Origin: a virus
Virus record (IMG/VR): IMGVR_UViG_3300031248_000002
Direction: 5' to 3' (one strand)
Length of the DNA: 64,000 bases
The translations under genes and the position numbers were made by a program. Below the pieces are notes generated by a model. The model saw only the letters and a list, made by a program, of their open reading frames with translations, had not been told where the DNA came from and ran no database searches. This document shows positions 35,112-44,072 of the stretch, piece by piece. Numbering within the stretch: the first letter of the stretch is position 1; each line of letters begins with the position of its first letter.

Positions 35112-35405
35112 TCATTCCTTCTCCAGCGCAGCGAGTTCGGCGCGAAGCTGCTCGCGGTCACGGGCTACCCACTGCCTCGTATTGACAAACATCTGTCCGA
35201 ACTCCGTGATGGCTTCTATGTCTTTACTTACCTGTTTGATCTGGCCCTTCAGCCGCGCCGTTTTCTCGCGGCGCTCGGCGAAGGCGATGAGGGCATCGGC
35301 CATTCTGGTGCGGCGCTCTCTACAGCCTGCACAATCGCATCTCGGCACTCCTGGCCGCTTGTCAACGGTTTCGGCCACCTTCTCCGCCTCGGCCCGCAGC
35401 ATCAT
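35112..35405 (-). CDS. coiled-coil protein (97 aa)
   Basis: ORF with heptad-like composition and an ATGA overlap upstream. Confidence 0.45.
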   Translation of the reverse strand: MMLRAEAEKVAETVDKRPGVPRCDCAGCRERRTRMADALIAFAERREKTARLKGQIKQVSKDIEAITEFGQMFVNTRQWVARDREQLRAELAALEKE

Positions 35406-35677
35406 CGCTTCTTCTCCTGACGAGTCTTTTTGCTTCGTGTCAACGGCGATACGTCGGGTAAGAAAACTAACTCGCCGAACGGCATGTAGGACTCAAGTAT
35501 CTTCTGTGCGTCTTTGCGCGTCATGCGCACTGGCGTTGGTGACGCCACCAGATTTTTTAGCTGCAACCAATGCGGTCTAACCGCGCACCGGCATCTAACC
35601 GCCCAAACGCGCGCGTCGTCCGCGATACGCAGGAACGGCGCGAACGCTGTGGAGAAAAACTCTCGTCGTCCGATCAT
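35402..35677 (-). CDS. hypothetical protein (91 aa)
   Basis: ORF with ATGA overlaps at both ends. Confidence 0.45.
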   Translation of the reverse strand: MIGRREFFSTAFAPFLRIADDARVWAVRCRCAVRPHWLQLKNLVASPTPVRMTRKDAQKILESYMPFGELVFLPDVSPLTRSKKTRQEKKR

Positions 35678-35925
35678 TTTGTCGTTGTCTCCTTTTTGCG
35701 CGCACGCGGCCTCGGGTTGCGCATGGTATCTGGCACAAACTCGTAGCAGGGTTTGTTCCGAGAGGCATTCATTGCGTAATGCACATCGCTGTGAAATCCA
35801 CAGTTCTTACAAAATACTAACTCTGCATGGCACCAGCAGGGACAGTCCATTCGGCAATTAGCAACAATTACATTCTGTCTACCAGTGCGTCCACAATTAT
35901 GTGCGTGCAATTGGTTTTTTGTCAT
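35674..35925 (-). CDS. Cys/His-rich mini-protein (83 aa)
   Basis: ATG at 35925 forms an ATGA overlap with the upstream stop, with a GGAGG SD. It contains HAHNC...CRMDCPCWCH...CKNC. Confidence 0.45.
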   Translation of the reverse strand: MTKNQLHAHNCGRTGRQNVIVANCRMDCPCWCHAELVFCKNCGFHSDVHYAMNASRNKPCYEFVPDTMRNPRPRARKKETTTK

Positions 35926-36248
35926 CCGTTGCATCCTCCGCGCCACGGAAGTTCGTCCGGTAACAAATCCCACAACCGATTCTGGCGTGTCCGAAGCCAC
36001 CGGCCTCCTTTCGGGCAGCAACAAATATCGCAGGTACAAAGGTACCCGACAATACGAGCGATTTTATCCGTCGGAACGTTTAACCGTATCAATAACCATT
36101 CCAGCCAGTCTAAACGGCCGTAGCCGTACCATGCTTCTCGGAACTTTTTGTTCCCAGTAGCGAGGAGGCCAGACTCACACGCGTTGTGTAGTTTTAACCA
36201 CCGTCGATACGTTGGTTTACGCCGACGCACTGTCGGTTCTTTCTTCAT
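35922..36248 (-). CDS. hypothetical protein (108 aa)
   Basis: ORF with a WLKLHNACESGL...AWYGYGRLDWLEWLL block and a C-terminal CTCDICCC cluster. Confidence 0.45.
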   Translation of the reverse strand: MKKEPTVRRRKPTYRRWLKLHNACESGLLATGNKKFREAWYGYGRLDWLEWLLIRLNVPTDKIARIVGYLCTCDICCCPKGGRWLRTRQNRLWDLLPDELPWRGGCNG

Positions 36249-36292
36249 ATGCTGTTTTATCTCCTTTACTCCAAAGACAAGATTTTCGCGAT

Positions 36293-36493
36293 TTATTGTA
36301 CGTCCGGACCTTGGTACACTTTATCAGACCTCGTCCATTCCGGCGATTCGCACCGGCATTGTGCATAATGCTTACCGCATCGTTTGCACATCCGGAATAC
36401 AAAATGTTTGCTGCGTCCTAATGCCGCGAGTCGTTCGGCGATGTCCGGACACGCGCATTCGGACAAATCGTGGTTACAGTTCATACACCACAT
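36293..36493 (-). CDS. Cys-rich zinc-binding mini-protein (66 aa)
   Basis: It contains CMNC...CAC...CKRC...CRC. Confidence 0.45.
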   Translation of the reverse strand: MWCMNCNHDLSECACPDIAERLAALGRSKHFVFRMCKRCGKHYAQCRCESPEWTRSDKVYQGPDVQ

Positions 36494-36939
36494 AAGGAGT
36501 AATTCCAGGATTTTAACTTCTTGCCGGTACTGTCGTAAACCGCCACCGGCCGGATCTTACTGCAAACCGCTTGTCGAACCGTATCATTCCCGTTCCCGTC
36601 TCCGTAGCCAATCGTAACCGCGCCATCTAGAACTTCGCTACAGAGGATAAACTTTTGCGGTGGGGACTCAAGATACTTAGATCTCTTTGCATCCGATAGC
36701 GTTAAATATCCGTGAAAGCCAGATTCGTAAACACCCCCCTCTCCTGGGTATAGCGCTACTGGAGTGGCGGTTTCTATCCGGCCTAACTGGAATTTTGCGG
36801 TTTTTACTGACGAATAATAAGTATTAGGTACCTTACCGGACCGTCGGTATTTGCGCAATTCCGTAACCGATACGTACACGATCTTCCAAATCTTTTTAGG
36901 CCGCCGACGTTTAGTTTCGTCAATGCTGTACAAACACAT
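36481..36939 (-). CDS. hypothetical protein (152 aa)
   Basis: ORF in the operon. Confidence 0.45.
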   Translation of the reverse strand: MCLYSIDETKRRRPKKIWKIVYVSVTELRKYRRSGKVPNTYYSSVKTAKFQLGRIETATPVALYPGEGGVYESGFHGYLTLSDAKRSKYLESPPQKFILCSEVLDGAVTIGYGDGNGNDTVRQAVCSKIRPVAVYDSTGKKLKSWNYSLCGV

Positions 36940-36942
36940 AAG

Positions 36943-37173
36943 TTACGTCCTTTCGTCGGCGGATTCTTCAGGAACCGCGAATTCTTTAACCTTACCGTAG
37001 TGTCCGCAAGCGCAACACGTAATCAGCGATTCATCGTCCCATACGCTATCGCCGCCCGGCTCCGTTCCGTCGTCCCAAACCTGTACGGTCATCTGTACAA
37101 CTATGAAGAACGGTTCTTGGCTTTTGCACTCCGGACACGCGATACCTTCTAGGCAATTAGAATTCGTAGCCAC
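36943..37173 (-). CDS. zinc-ribbon mini-protein (76 aa)
   Basis: It contains CPEC...CCACGH. Confidence 0.5.
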   Translation of the reverse strand: MATNSNCLEGIACPECKSQEPFFIVVQMTVQVWDDGTEPGGDSVWDDESLITCCACGHYGKVKEFAVPEESADERT

Positions 37174-37193
37174 GGCTTCTCCCCCGCCTTGTT

Positions 37194-38426
37194 TCAGTTA
37201 ACAATCAACTTCGGAACTTTCTGCTTCTGCTCACATGCCGAGGAGCAGAAAACGTCTTCTGCGCAAGACTCGTCTGCCGCGATCCAATGCGTCCAGCGTA
37301 ACGAACACTCCGGACATTCGTGTTCACAGCGTTTCATGCTGCCGCCGTTACAATACTCCGGTGTCAGACATTTCGAGCAAAGATCGCGATTCGCCAGCGG
37401 AAAAATACACGATTTGTTATCCACACTCTGCAAATGCGACCAGCGAACTCCACACGGACAAGTGTGGTGACATATCACGCCGTCTTGATCGGGCCAATCT
37501 TCGTCCACAATCTGCGCAGTCGGGTCAGTCCCGACGACGGCGGATTTCTTTTTCATCCCGGTCTGAAAACAAACCACGCAAAGATCGCGGTCTTCTTTGG
37601 CAAACGAACACTCCGCCGCGTTCTGCGCTATATCGTGCGACCAGTTTTCGCCGCACGGACAAACGTGCGCGCATACACGGGTTCCCCCCGTGCTCGTCCC
37701 GGTAGACGGGTTCCATGTTTGTGCGCGGACTTTGCTAAAACATTTCGTGCACAGATCGCGGTCTTTTTCCGGGAACTCGCACGCCGTGGCTGTCGCGTTT
37801 ATCGAATGCTTCCAGGCCGTCTGGCATTGCGGACAAACATGATCGCAATCTTTTCTAGCCCAGCCAGCGGTGGACGCAACTACCGCGTATTTCTCCGGCA
37901 GATCCCTGCCAAGGATTTCGTAAATCGCTTTCCGCTGCGCCAATGATTCTACCGCGTTATCGCAATACCGTTCGCGTATCGCCGCTATCGGGTCGTCGAT
38001 CTCCGGTTCCAGAAACGCAATTAACGACGCCAGCATAGTCCCGGTGCGGCCGTGACCGCCGGTGCAGAAAAACAAAACCCGTTTCCCAGTTTTAACCACG
38101 TCTGCGAAGTATTCGACCAGCACGCGCCACATTTCCGCTTTCGGCGCGTTGTAGTCTTGCATCTCGCAGTCGATTATCGTCAACGGCTGAAGATAGCTGC
38201 CTCCAGGAAGATTACCGTTCAGCGTCACCACCCAGTCGATCTCGCTCAGGTTCTCTTTGGTTATCGCGTATTCGCTTCCGGCCCAAACCGTATACTCGCC
38301 GATTTTTACGGGCGTCGCAGCATGACGGCATTTTCCACCTTGGATTACAGTCACGGCGGTTTTATCGACGTCAGCGTTCGCGTTACCGCCGAATACGAAA
38401 CTGCCGAGATGTCGGTCTTGTCCCAT
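37194..38426 (-). CDS. Cys-based (PTP/dual-specificity-type) phosphatase fused to four Zn-ribbon repeats (410 aa)
   Basis: The signature FFCTGGHGRTG (CX5R(S/T); Cys codon 38064-38066) lies about 30 aa after MQDYNAP, which is general-acid-like. ATG at 38426 follows a GAGGAG SD. Confidence 0.7.
   Translation of the reverse strand: MGQDRHLGSFVFGGNANADVDKTAVTVIQGGKCRHAATPVKIGEYTVWAGSEYAITKENLSEIDWVVTLNGNLPGGSYLQPLTIIDCEMQDYNAPKAEMWRVLVEYFADVVKTGKRVLFFCTGGHGRTGTMLASLIAFLEPEIDDPIAAIRERYCDNAVESLAQRKAIYEILGRDLPEKYAVVASTAGWARKDCDHVCPQCQTAWKHSINATATACEFPEKDRDLCTKCFSKVRAQTWNPSTGTSTGGTRVCAHVCPCGENWSHDIAQNAAECSFAKEDRDLCVVCFQTGMKKKSAVVGTDPTAQIVDEDWPDQDGVICHHTCPCGVRWSHLQSVDNKSCIFPLANRDLCSKCLTPEYCNGGSMKRCEHECPECSLRWTHWIAADESCAEDVFCSSACEQKQKVPKLIVN
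37236..37847 (-). repeat. four tandem ~35-aa Cys/His modules (C.H.CP.C..W.H......C.F....RDLC..C)
   Basis: The modules are CDHVCPQCQTAWKH..CEFPEKDRDLCTKC, CAHVCPCGENWSH..CSFAKEDRDLCVVC, CHHTCPCGVRWSH..CIFPLANRDLCSKC and CEHECPECSLRWTH..C...FCSSAC. Confidence 0.75.
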
Positions 38427-38454
38427 GTTTGTCTCCTCGTTTCCAGCGAACCAG

Positions 38455-40824
38455 CTAAGCACGCTCTGGCGAATGTTGCGGTGCTGGCGAATCTTGCGGT
38501 GTTTCCGCGATTTTTTCATCTGTCGCCTCCGACGCCGACGACTCCTCGTTTACCGGGATCGTCGTTGGATAACTGGAAAAACTATACGTTTCGTCTACAC
38601 AGTTTCCGGACCCCGCGCCGTTATTTGTTTCGGCGGGTTCGGGGACACTATCGTCGTCTTCGACGTCTTCAAGAATCTGCGGCGGAGCCTCTTCCGGCGG
38701 CTGTTCTTCATCGTCTTCTACCGGGTCGTCCACGACTAGCTTAAGCTCCGATGCGGGAAACCCGGCCCGCAACTTTTCTCGGTTAGAATTTCTGAACGCG
38801 GCGTTTATGAAAGGCCAGTACGCTTGTACCGGTTTGTTAGCTTGGTGACGACCTAACGCATCTGGATCTGACCAGATCGGACAAAACGCTTCGTTAACCA
38901 ACTGGACGATACGAAGCGGATCGGCGATAAAAGTTAACCCACACGATTGTTTCAAATCCAGTAACGCCATTAACCCTTCGTCACCTCTGCTCAAACCAAT
39001 CGTAAGATTCGTCAGCTTGTTGAAAACCAAACAAGAGTTGTGCTTCAGATTGAAAACACCGTCCAGGAACAACGCATCCGATAACCGCCCGGTCATCCAG
39101 CGCAGCAAATGCGTCGCGATAACCGCCCACTTTTTTCCGCCGTACGACCCGTACCAGCTCATTTTGGTAAAGTACCCGATGGATAACGAAACCACATGGC
39201 ATTTCTTCTCCGGCGGAAGCTCCGGAAGAAAACTTGAAATAAACTTATCGCGAGCTTTAATGCCGAAACCTGCGACTATCTGCGGAGAGATTTTCTTCAT
39301 CGCAGAGGTTAATTTCCAATACGCGTCTCCATCCGCGCGAGTACGCACATGCCGTAGTTCTGCTACGACGCAAAGATACAAATACCCCGCGATCACTTCT
39401 GCGTACTCTCGGACCCGGCCTTTGTCTCCGTTCTCCCAGGAACGGTAAAAGTCGATCATTAACGGCGCTATGGAGACGAAGCTGGACACGAATCGTTCTG
39501 TGTTCGGGTTGTTAATTCGTCTCGGCGGTTTCGGCTTTTCCTCGACGACTAACGCGGGTACGAAGTCCGGCGGAACACGATATACCGCGCCAGACGAACC
39601 GTTGACTAACAGCTTTTCGCCGCTTTTTGTCGCTTTGTATATCGTTGCAGAAACGATTTCGGGTAACAAAAACGCGGGTTTTCCAAGTTCCCGCGCTATA
39701 ATCGCTGCATGACAAGTGGCCGATCCGTTCCGGACAAATATCGCGGCTGCTTTTTGCATCCGAGTATACTCGGACGGCGAGAAGTTCGTTAAGTAGAAAA
39801 ACGTCTCGCTGTCGATAACCGCCGTACTCGACGCGCCTATCGGCATCAAATCTGCGAGTTTTTCGGCGCCATCTGGAATCGCTGTGTCCGACTCCGGAAT
39901 CTTAGAGAACTTCAAAGCGCGGTGCTGCAAGAACCAAAATTTCAAACCGCCCGGTTCATCCGGAGCGTTTTCTGCGCACCATTCTACGTCGCTAGGCCCT
40001 AGATTCTGATGAATCTTTATTAACGCTTTGAACAACGTCGCGAAACGCGGGTCAGACAAAGAAATCTCTACACCTTTTTTCTCGCCGCCTACCAGCGCCG
40101 TCCCTAAGCCTTCGACGGCTTCCACAATCGGGAAGAACGACGTTCCGTGCGTATGATTCGGGTCAGAAGTAAACGCGACTCCAGAATACACAATATTCTT
40201 GGGCACGACTTGTATCACTACGGCCGTGCCGGTATCGGCAATTCCGTTTGCCTCTCGGTACGCCACTGCTTCCGGCGCATTCCACGATTCGTAAACTTCC
40301 AGCGCCGCCGCTATTATCCTGTCAGGTCCGCGAACGGGGATTTTCGTTTTCAGCATTCCGGGCATAGAAGTCGGCGCGCCGGAACGCACAGATACCACAC
40401 GACGATGCAAAATTGGCGCGCTAGGGGAGACACAAATTCTAACTGGCGGAACCGCGACCGGAAGCACCGCGTATTCTGGGACTGAAAGATCGCAAGTATG
40501 GGAAAGACGATACAATCCGGCTGCTTTGCCGCCGATTCGGTCGGCGTTTAAATACTGCTCGACAAACGAAACTTCAGTAACGCCATTCGGCGACGGAGTT
40601 TTTTCTACGGGCGCTTCGTCTTTGTTTTCTGCGCCGGCAACATCCGCAAACACGTTTGTTGACCAGATCAGGTAACAATCGTACAATGTGTGTGCGTGAT
40701 GAGGCCCGGAGTGTCCCGCTTCATTCGTGCAGTAGTATCTAAACTCATTCTCGACCACATTACATTGCCCCGGTGCGCCGGGGTCTTGTGCGGTTTTGAG
40801 AAAATCCCAGATTTTGCACTTCAT
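38455..40824 (-). CDS. PEP-synthase/PPDK-like His-swivel phosphotransferase (dikinase-like) with unrecognised C-terminal domain (789 aa)
   Basis: PPDK_N/ATP-grasp-like features are GGKAAGLYRL, VSVRSGAPTSMPGM and AVVIQVV...GVAFTSDP. The PEP-utiliser mobile domain is NGSATCHAAIIARELGKPAF (His codon 39709-39711). The last ~330 aa match nothing I recognise. ATG at 40824 was chosen. Confidence 0.7.
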   Translation of the reverse strand: MKCKIWDFLKTAQDPGAPGQCNVVENEFRYYCTNEAGHSGPHHAHTLYDCYLIWSTNVFADVAGAENKDEAPVEKTPSPNGVTEVSFVEQYLNADRIGGKAAGLYRLSHTCDLSVPEYAVLPVAVPPVRICVSPSAPILHRRVVSVRSGAPTSMPGMLKTKIPVRGPDRIIAAALEVYESWNAPEAVAYREANGIADTGTAVVIQVVPKNIVYSGVAFTSDPNHTHGTSFFPIVEAVEGLGTALVGGEKKGVEISLSDPRFATLFKALIKIHQNLGPSDVEWCAENAPDEPGGLKFWFLQHRALKFSKIPESDTAIPDGAEKLADLMPIGASSTAVIDSETFFYLTNFSPSEYTRMQKAAAIFVRNGSATCHAAIIARELGKPAFLLPEIVSATIYKATKSGEKLLVNGSSGAVYRVPPDFVPALVVEEKPKPPRRINNPNTERFVSSFVSIAPLMIDFYRSWENGDKGRVREYAEVIAGYLYLCVVAELRHVRTRADGDAYWKLTSAMKKISPQIVAGFGIKARDKFISSFLPELPPEKKCHVVSLSIGYFTKMSWYGSYGGKKWAVIATHLLRWMTGRLSDALFLDGVFNLKHNSCLVFNKLTNLTIGLSRGDEGLMALLDLKQSCGLTFIADPLRIVQLVNEAFCPIWSDPDALGRHQANKPVQAYWPFINAAFRNSNREKLRAGFPASELKLVVDDPVEDDEEQPPEEAPPQILEDVEDDDSVPEPAETNNGAGSGNCVDETYSFSSYPTTIPVNEESSASEATDEKIAETPQDSPAPQHSPERA

Positions 40825-41097
40825 GCAGTTTCTCCCGGTGTCCTTTCTTCTATTTCGTTGTGGAAAACCACAACGGGATAGAGCAAATGACAACAACTGC
40901 GATTAGTATTACTAAAATACACAACAATTCAGCAGCCCTTTCGGGTAAGTCGCGTGGCGCGCGATAAGAAGTTAAACGCCCGGCAGAAGTCGCTTGCCCG
41001 TTAACATCGGGACTAAACGCTTCTGCCGGGGCAGGTTGGCCGGTATGTCCGGCAGCAAAAGTTTCGGTGAACGGTAGCGAAAAGATCCACGGCGGAT

Positions 41098-41358
41098 CTA
41101 GACGCGCGTGATGGTCACACTTCCGGCGGCAATAGCGCTCGCTAACTCGCTAACGTCGTCAACTACAAGCGAGAAGCGGTTTTGTCCGCCGTTACCGGGG
41201 CGCTTCCAGAGGGAAGACGCGAATTCCGGGGTTTGCAGACCCGAAATTTTCGGTTCGATACGAACCCGGAAACGGGTGTTTCCAATCTGTCGATATCCCA
41301 ACACTCCCAGCGGAGTGCTGAGAATTTCGACGTACTGTGTTCCTTCGGTACCAGTCAT
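41098..41358 (-). CDS. hypothetical protein (86 aa)
   Basis: ORF with a strong AAAGGAGG SD. Confidence 0.5.
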   Translation of the reverse strand: MTGTEGTQYVEILSTPLGVLGYRQIGNTRFRVRIEPKISGLQTPEFASSLWKRPGNGGQNRFSLVVDDVSELASAIAAGSVTITRV

Positions 41359-41719
41359 TTTTTAACCTCCTTTCTTAGACTCGTAATGCAAAGACTAACG
41401 GAACCGCCAAACCCTGACGGATTAGACCGTCCAAGAGAGATTAGTATCCCGTTTTTACTCTCTTTCTAGTATGCCTAGGCCTGATACACAGGGTATCTAG
41501 TGTTCTGCATTTGGCGGTTCCATTCGGTGCCGTAAAGGTTTTAGTTACGATACCTAGGTGAAACAAGTCACCAAATAAATTAGCAATGTTGCCCGTCCAG
41601 CAAACAAAGCAGCACCGCGATCCAGCCAACCGTCGCGCCGCCAATTCGGGTACAGAGTTTTTGCATGAATTCCATAATCTCATCCTCGCGTTCTAAGCGA
41701 TAAATCTCGCGGTCTCGCG

Positions 41720-41911
41720 TCATTCGTGCCACCCGTTATCGGTTATGTAGCCGTCTTCGCCGACAACTACGCACTCGCTCTGTGTCAGTTCACGCACGAA
41801 GCCAAATTCTTTAGCGCCAAATTTTCGAGTCACCAATCTTTTAGCTTCGTCCTGGTTATACGCCATTATAACGATTAGGCTTGTGGCGTAGTTAACAATA
41901 TAGGTTCTCAT
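41720..41911 (-). CDS. hypothetical protein (63 aa from ATG 41911)
   Basis: An AGGAGG SD precedes the internal ATG. Confidence 0.45.
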   Translation of the reverse strand: MRTYIVNYATSLIVIMAYNQDEAKRLVTRKFGAKEFGFVRELTQSECVVVGEDGYITDNGWHE

Positions 41912-41922
41912 TATTGATCCTC

Positions 41923-42228
41923 CTAATCTGTCGTCGTTGCAGCACGTATTTTTTCTATTTTGGCCCAATCGCGCCCTTTGCCGCCGACAAACGAAGCAGA
42001 GATAAGACCGGCTCTCGCCTGCTCTATGGTGTCTATTGGACCGCCTTTACCGAAAGCGCCGGGTATGTCATACACCAAATGCGATTCAAATTCGTCGAAA
42101 GAAAGGTCGTCTGGGTCTTCGCACCAATCCAGATAATCTGATATTATCTCGTTGTTTGCGGCTAGCAAAAGCCTGTCTTCTATACGCCACGGCAACGGAT
42201 ATTCTTCGTGCAAAGTCATGTCACTCAA
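41923..42228 (-). CDS. hypothetical acidic protein (101 aa)
   Basis: ORF in the operon. Confidence 0.45.
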   Translation of the reverse strand: MSDMTLHEEYPLPWRIEDRLLLAANNEIISDYLDWCEDPDDLSFDEFESHLVYDIPGAFGKGGPIDTIEQARAGLISASFVGGKGRDWAKIEKIRAATTTD

Positions 42229-42234
42229 TTCCTT

Positions 42235-42444
42235 TCATAACGCCCTTGCTAACTCGCGCAAATGCTGGTCGATCATTGCGAACTCGACGTGCGCAAAAGT
42301 TTTAGCCGGTAAATTCGCGTGCACCGCTGGCATTGTATTGTTCGCGTCTGGTTCGCGTAGCCTACGCCGCTGGGCGTCTATGGACTCCAGTAATGCGACT
42401 TCCGCAACTAGACGTTCTTTCAGTGACGAATATGTGTGTGGCAC
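42235..42444 (-). CDS. hypothetical protein (69 aa)
   Basis: ORF in the operon. Confidence 0.4.
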   Translation of the reverse strand: MPHTYSSLKERLVAEVALLESIDAQRRRLREPDANNTMPAVHANLPAKTFAHVEFAMIDQHLRELARAL

Positions 42445-42445
42445 G

Positions 42446-42673
42446 TTACTCTCCTCCTACTGCGCCCAGATGCGCGTCGTGCGCACGTTTATGCGTGGTT
42501 AGCCAGATCGGACGACAATCTGGGTGTTCAGCAACTACACGCGCGTCGTTCGTCCGGCAGTTGCGCGAGTAATGCGAAACCAGCCCGCCGCACAGCGCGC
42601 ATTCGTGGCGACAATACGTCTTTTCGGGCCAGTTCCACAGACGGCGGATTGCGTAGAGGATTTTCGTTTTCAT
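42446..42673 (-). CDS. Cys/His-rich mini-protein (75 aa)
   Basis: It contains CRHECALCGG...C...HPDC. ATGA overlap upstream. Confidence 0.4.
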   Translation of the reverse strand: MKTKILYAIRRLWNWPEKTYCRHECALCGGLVSHYSRNCRTNDARVVAEHPDCRPIWLTTHKRAHDAHLGAVGGE

Positions 42674-42894
42674 CGGTCGTCACCTAAAATATTGTTGATA
42701 GCTTGAAAAATCTCTTCCAATACAAACGGTGTCACATCGACATTGTGCCAACTAACCCCGCCTAGAGCGTCGTGCTTTTTCACCTCAATTCTATGCTGCG
42801 GTACTCGCTGGGTTGAGTTCGGGCTTGGAAACAAGATGACGGCGTTCATTACGACGCGGTAGTTATCGGTGACGACAAGAACGAACGGTTTCAT
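42670..42894 (-). CDS. hypothetical protein (74 aa)
   Basis: ATG at 42894 forms an ATGA overlap with the upstream stop. Confidence 0.4.
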   Translation of the reverse strand: MKPFVLVVTDNYRVVMNAVILFPSPNSTQRVPQHRIEVKKHDALGGVSWHNVDVTPFVLEEIFQAINNILGDDR

Positions 42895-43265
42895 TCCGCA
42901 CCTTCCCACGCCGTCCAGAACGTCAACCGCGCGTCGCGGTCTTCGCCGTGAATCTTGCGAATAGCGCGCGCCAGCGATAACGACTCGCCGCGTGATTCGC
43001 TGAAATCGTCAAGAATAGAGCAGTTCGCGGTGGCGAGTACCGACGTTTTACGGTTCTCGCGCAGTTTCTTCCGCCATTTGGCGCGCGGCGTAAAAATCAC
43101 GTGGCAAGTCGTCGATCCGCCTGTTTTATGTGGAATTGAGGTCACGGGCTCCCAGTTTGCTTCGCCTTCCCGTGCTATGTCCCGCAACGGTTTCTTCGAC
43201 AGCACCAACCGGAGATGAAAAAACTCCACTTCGTACTGGCCGTGTTTTGTTTCTATTGTCCGCAT
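42891..43265 (-). CDS. hypothetical protein (124 aa)
   Basis: ORF with the block ATANCSILDDFSESRGESLSLARAI, which resembles a recurrent phage family of unknown function. Confidence 0.5.
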   Translation of the reverse strand: MRTIETKHGQYEVEFFHLRLVLSKKPLRDIAREGEANWEPVTSIPHKTGGSTTCHVIFTPRAKWRKKLRENRKTSVLATANCSILDDFSESRGESLSLARAIRKIHGEDRDARLTFWTAWEGAE

Positions 43266-43425
43266 TGGTTTGCTATCCTTTCTCTTGTTTTAAGTAATTT
43301 CGGTGTGCGACTGTTTCAAGCGCGTAGGGATTTCTAGGCGTCCCATTCCCTTTTCACGGAAGGCGCCGTACGACGCTTCCGCTATAGCTACGCAATCGCA
43401 CACCGAAATTACTTAACCTGTAATG

Positions 43426-43653
43426 TTACGCTACTCCCAAGCAAGTCCACGCACCTGGAAACAACGGCCGTCCGCCGTTCGTTTTTATTAGCTCGGTGTT
43501 AGCGCGCATTTTCACGATCTTGTCGCACGCCGGTCGCCCGCAAGACGTACACCGCGCGGTGTCGGTCTGCGTCGAGTTGTGAACGCGCAATCCAATACCA
43601 TACCTCGCGTCTTGGTACGCCGAAATACAGCCGCAGTATTTAATACTCGTCAT
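43426..43653 (-). CDS. Cys-rich mini-protein (75 aa)
   Basis: GAGGAG SD. It contains CGC...CTSCGRPAC. Confidence 0.45.
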   Translation of the reverse strand: MTSIKYCGCISAYQDARYGIGLRVHNSTQTDTARCTSCGRPACDKIVKMRANTELIKTNGGRPLFPGAWTCLGVA

Positions 43654-43754
43654 TTTCGTTTTCTCCTCACGCGCTTAACGCGCAATCGTCCATTCGGTGA
43701 AAACAAAATACAGCGCGACCCAAAACCACGCCGCGATTACTAAATGCCGTAGCG

Positions 43755-44048
43755 TCATTGTACCCGGCCTTTCGGCGGCGCGGTAAGCTCCGTGCCGTGC
43801 TGTACCCCGAGCACAAACATTACGACAAACGCTGCTTCAAATACCGACGATACGCCTCTGGCAAGGAAGACTAATAACATTAGCTGGTCAACTAACTTGG
43901 CCAGCGGCTTCAGTTTCTCGTCGCTCAGTTCGTTGTAGAGTTGCTGCCGATTGTCGTCGAACTTTCTTCCGGCTAACTCCGCAATGCTGTTTTCGGCGTC
44001 TGGCGGCAAAGCCGCTCGAATCGCGTCAATCGTTTCTTTCAGTGTCAT
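43755..44048 (-). CDS. hypothetical protein with C-terminal hydrophobic segments (97 aa)
   Basis: AGGAGAG SD. It contains LMLLVFLARGVSSVFEAAFVVMFVLGV. Confidence 0.5.
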   Translation of the reverse strand: MTLKETIDAIRAALPPDAENSIAELAGRKFDDNRQQLYNELSDEKLKPLAKLVDQLMLLVFLARGVSSVFEAAFVVMFVLGVQHGTELTAPPKGRVQ

Positions 44049-44072
44049 GTTGCGCTCTCCTGTCTTGTCGGT

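Noticed and set aside
41441-41683. 80-aa ORF as a real gene
   Set aside because: It is Cys/Arg-rich and has no properly spaced SD. An alternative small TM ORF in another frame fits the SD better, so it is left unannotated.
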